A DNA stretch of 64,000 nucleotides from a virus. The notes under the pieces are model-generated. The model was not told the DNA's origin and ran no database searches. It was given only the letters and a program-made list of their open reading frames with translations. Location: positions 32,001-96,000 of IMG/VR virus record IMGVR_UViG_3300045988_148533, one strand, 5' to 3'. A program made the position numbers and the translations under genes. Below are positions 60,860 through 64,000 of the stretch, piece by piece (within the stretch, counting starts at the first letter, position 1; every line of letters begins with the position of its first letter).

Positions 60860-63800
60860 TCATACTGTATCAATTTTAATCTGTACATTACCCTCTCTGA
60901 GGTAATTAATAGCCATATAGGATGATGATAACGTATCATCGTGGCCGCTTATACTCTCCAATGTTCCCTTGTCACTTCTAAAGGCAACGGAATTAAATTC
61001 ACCGAAAAGCATATTTATCTTGTCCCTGTCATCATGATGATACGGTACTTTTATCACACCTCTCTCAAAAAGAGCAGCCAATGACGGCCACCCACTCCGC
61101 AAATCCTTCTTATTGTTAGTGGTTGTAAATCTTATAATATTCTTGACACCACCGTCTATCGCCAGACTACCCAGCACCGACTGGAAGTTATTGTTCTCCA
61201 CCACAACAGCATTCGGCCTGAATATCGTATTCAAAGTGATAATCCTCTGCACCTGTTCATCATACGGCATACCCTTTGCCCTGTATAGATGCAGAAGATA
61301 ATAAATACCCATCCTATCCCTGCCCCACACTGTGAAACAAGTATAGTCAGCACCGACAGCACCGCTTATTCCAAAATCCACTCCAACAGCTACTGCATCC
61401 AGTTTGTAGGGGAAAGACTCTTGATTGTTCACAAGGTGAACATTCTCCATTCCAATTGTGCTTCGCTTTAGAATGTCCCACGGAAATATTGTGCTATCGT
61501 CCGATATCGGCACCACCAGATACTCCCTCGAAAATACCAAGGAGCCTGCGGATTCCCTCTCAGCCATCAACTTCTCGAACGTAAATCTATCCGGAGCCAA
61601 CAACCTACCATCAGGAAAAACAGCAGGGTATTCAAATACCTTGAACTTACCGTCTTTCTTCAAGGAATCATAAAGGTCAGTCGATTGGTACGGGGTATTA
61701 TGAGAAATGATGCCATTTGAAAGAAATGTATGAGTTTTACCCATTGTAAAATCAACCGTTATACTCCTACCCTTTCCAATTGACTTCACCCTCAAAAAAG
61801 TGTACCCTCTTTCGGCATTAGCTTTCAATTCAAATGCTTCCTCACTTACGACTCCAGATGCAGCCACCCATTTTCCAACATTTTGAATATCCCTTAACTT
61901 ATGAATACTCACTTTCTTTTTACCCCACATCTTCAACCTCTCCAAACCAAAAGTTTTTCTATCAGAAATCGTAAGGGGTTTTTGCTTTCTAACAGCCTTA
62001 ATCAATCTACTCTGATACGGTACACGCAACAAGGAAAGACTATTACGGTATTTAAAAGTGTGCCATTTATCACCCTTTCCGGAATTAGGAAATCCAATTT
62101 CCTTCATAAAAAGGTTAATCATCTCTTCACTGTCAATCCTAAGCAGATACCCCATTCTGTTGGACTTAACCCTTTCAGAACTCTGACATTTCTTAACCTT
62201 AACTGAAGACAGTATTCCAAGATTGAGTAGTGCAAACTGTATCTGACGTATTAACTCCATGCTGACAGAAAAACAGCTTATATTTCCATCAATTGAAAAA
62301 CATCCATCACCATCAAAATAACCCGACAAAAACTTTGTAATTTCTCTCTTTCCAGCATGAAATATCTTTTCAGGAATCACCTTAGTATGGCTATACCACC
62401 CCAATTCATATCCCAAAGAAGCCCATAATTCACGCTTATCAGCTTTATAATATCTTAAATGAATTCCATCATAAACACCGTTCACCTCCCTCCATCCTCT
62501 ATCAATTAAATACTGCCTAATACCAGCATTTCTCTTTGCAATAGTTATTCTATCACTGGATAAATGCCCATCGGCAATACTTAATCCTATTTGATACAAT
62601 TCATCATCACTTATATTAAGAGACTCTCCCCATATATTTGCACCCACTTTCATAGCCACAAAATCACCGATACAAATATCTTCAGCCTTCTTCCATTTAT
62701 AACAGCCGTCATCACCACATACCATAATAGGATGAATCATGCTCGTTTCCAGCGTAAACCCTTTTTCCAACTGAATCAACCTTGTCTCCGTTTCACCATT
62801 TATATAATATTTTTCAGCCAGCTCTAATTCCTGACCATTATAAATGAATTTATTGAAAGAATAATACCCCTTAGGACTTGTGAGTGGTACAGGGCAAAGT
62901 TCTCCTATCATACGAATACCCCTATCCGTAAGTACAAATGTATCCGGTGAAACACAACCGTCCACAATGTTATACCCATAAGGTTCCACAATAGGAGAGA
63001 TGGAACCTTTGAAAATATTTTCCAGCTTCTGCCTCTGTTCCAAGGAGTAGATACTACTCTCATCAGGGAGGTCATCACTAACAGCTGCTCCAACGTGCAG
63101 ACCTCGAATAAATCCTCCTGCTCCTCTGAGGTGTAGCTTAGTACCATTCTCACCCTCAACTGACTTCTCTGCCAGAACCGCCTTGCCGTTAGGGTTTATG
63201 ACATGACATAGAATGTCATTAGCCTTTATCTCCTCAACTATCTTATCCACGTGTTCCTTTCCAAGAGTTTCCGTATTGGTTATAATACACGTTTCCTGTC
63301 GATTCTTATTATCAGGGGTATCAGGCTTCATATAGTTTGGTCTGCGATAGCTGTACAGCCTCCACAGCGGGAAGGCGAAGCAGAACTCATAGGAGTTGTG
63401 AACCACTGTACCGTCCTCCAACTGAAATAGATGGTCTCCATCCGTCATGAACCCATAATAGGATTCCTTTCCAATAGGCTCTATAACTATATCCATCTTC
63501 TCCAGTACAGGCGTATCAGGAGAAAACACTCTGTACCCCTTGAACCTCTTACGCCTGAGGGGTGTCAATGAATAATACCTCTCAGCCTCAATCTCGACAT
63601 ATTCCTTCTTCTTAGTGTCAAACAGGCATAGGATGTGTGGTGCGTTTACAGCATACGCCATACCTCCTTCCTGCTCTATACGGTACATATCACTGAATCC
63701 TATGTGCCTCGTCAATACCTTTCTTGGGGTATAGTCTATGCCCATCACCTCCATCCCAGGATATATATCTTCAACATTCTTGACAGTAAAGTCTGCCATC

Positions 63801-64000
63801 AATATTCTCGTGCCTCGAATAAAGCACTTTCCATGAGAACGAGCAGCAAGATAGGCACTGTTCTGATACAGCTGAATCAAATTACCCCACTCAAGATTCC
63901 TCCACCCCTGCCTGAAGTTATTCAAAACTGTCGTCTTGAAATAATTATAGGAATGAATTTTCAGGGTATCATCCATGCTCTCACCGAGCTGCTCGATGTA
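60860..64000 (-). CDS. terL: terminase large subunit precursor containing two inteins; N-terminus may lie beyond the window
   Basis: The exteins are ...AARSHGK|SYEFCFAF... (Walker A GKS restored after splicing), ...YNIVDG|TPYQSTDLY..., and the C-terminal nuclease region VGVDFGISGAVGADYTCFTVWG. The reading frame stays open upstream of the ATG at 63976 to the window edge (YIEQLGES-MDD). Confidence 0.85.
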   Translation of the reverse strand, partial: YIEQLGESMDDTLKIHSYNYFKTTVLNNFRQGWRNLEWGNLIQLYQNSAYLAARSHGKCFIRGTRILMADFTVKNVEDIYPGMEVMGIDYTPRKVLTRHIGFSDMYRIEQEGGMAYAVNAPHILCLFDTKKKEYVEIEAERYYSLTPLRRKRFKGYRVFSPDTPVLEKMDIVIEPIGKESYYGFMTDGDHLFQLEDGTVVHNSYEFCFAFPLWRLYSYRRPNYMKPDTPDNKNRQETCIITNTETLGKEHVDKIVEEIKANDILCHVINPNGKAVLAEKSVEGENGTKLHLRGAGGFIRGLHVGAAVSDDLPDESSIYSLEQRQKLENIFKGSISPIVEPYGYNIVDGCVSPDTFVLTDRGIRMIGELCPVPLTSPKGYYSFNKFIYNGQELELAEKYYINGETETRLIQLEKGFTLETSMIHPIMVCGDDGCYKWKKAEDICIGDFVAMKVGANIWGESLNISDDELYQIGLSIADGHLSSDRITIAKRNAGIRQYLIDRGWREVNGVYDGIHLRYYKADKRELWASLGYELGWYSHTKVIPEKIFHAGKREITKFLSGYFDGDGCFSIDGNISCFSVSMELIRQIQFALLNLGILSSVKVKKCQSSERVKSNRMGYLLRIDSEEMINLFMKEIGFPNSGKGDKWHTFKYRNSLSLLRVPYQSRLIKAVRKQKPLTISDRKTFGLERLKMWGKKKVSIHKLRDIQNVGKWVAASGVVSEEAFELKANAERGYTFLRVKSIGKGRSITVDFTMGKTHTFLSNGIISHNTPYQSTDLYDSLKKDGKFKVFEYPAVFPDGRLLAPDRFTFEKLMAERESAGSLVFSREYLVVPISDDSTIFPWDILKRSTIGMENVHLVNNQESFPYKLDAVAVGVDFGISGAVGADYTCFTVWGRDRMGIYYLLHLYRAKGMPYDEQVQRIITLNTIFRPNAVVVENNNFQSVLGSLAIDGGVKNIIRFTTTNNKKDLRSGWPSLAALFERGVIKVPYHHDDRDKINMLFGEFNSVAFRSDKGTLESISGHDDTLSSSYMAINYLREGNVQIKIDTV
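61697..62956 (-). mobile_element. intein 2 of terL (420 aa) with LAGLIDADG homing endonuclease domain
   Basis: It starts CVSPDTFVLTDRG and ends FLSNGIISHN, followed by Thr. The LAGLIDADG motifs are LYQIGLSIADGHL and KFLSGYFDGDGCF. The region is A+T-rich. Confidence 0.85.
63395..63826 (-). mobile_element. intein 1 of terL (144-aa mini-intein) inserted in the Walker A P-loop
   Basis: It starts CFIRGTRILMADF directly after GK and ends YYGFMTDGDHLFQLEDGTVVHN, followed by Ser. There is no endonuclease domain. Confidence 0.8.

Overview
This window is a gene-dense stretch of a large dsDNA phage, possibly a phage-plasmid. About 80 ORFs are present, and nearly all lie on the minus strand. A Bacteroidota host is likely: many genes are preceded by a TAnnTTTG -7 box with TTTG/TTGG about 20 nt upstream, there is a BACON-like domain, and there are lipobox lipoproteins. 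I recognised these modules:

- **Origin (1.6-3.0 kb):** a plasmid-type origin with AT-rich tandem repeats, a 32-bp palindrome and four 22-bp iterons, followed by a Rep_3-like initiator. A short plus-strand cluster (membrane protein, lipoprotein, papain-like peptidase) follows it.
- **Inversion locus (4.9-8.0 kb):** an apparent shufflon-like locus. A promoter plus BACON-like N-terminal exon could be fused to any of three alternative C-terminal cassettes through an 18-nt identical repeat.
- **Small genes:** a long run of small, mostly unassignable genes. It includes HU, a TM-anchored glucosaminidase, HAD phosphatases, a DUF2958 protein, a sigma-70/ECF-like factor, a Dps-like protein and a methyltransferase.
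- **Replication, recombination and nucleotide block:** GroEL-like chaperonin, class II RNR, UvrD-like helicase, RNase H, SNF2 helicase, NAD ligase, a Zeta-toxin-like kinase protein, RuvC, SbcC/Rad50, RecA, SbcD/Mre11, primase and a DnaB-like helicase. It also holds dnaE, which is split by a GIY-YIG-containing intervening sequence.
- **Candidate base hypermodification cluster:** dNMP kinase, HD nucleotidase, TS-like hydroxymethylase, an aGPT-Pplase-like protein, a P-loop kinase and dUTPase.
- **Large terminase:** it carries two inteins.

I saw no rRNA, convincing tRNA or CRISPR array. All calls come from reading the sequence and the supplied translations; no database search was run.
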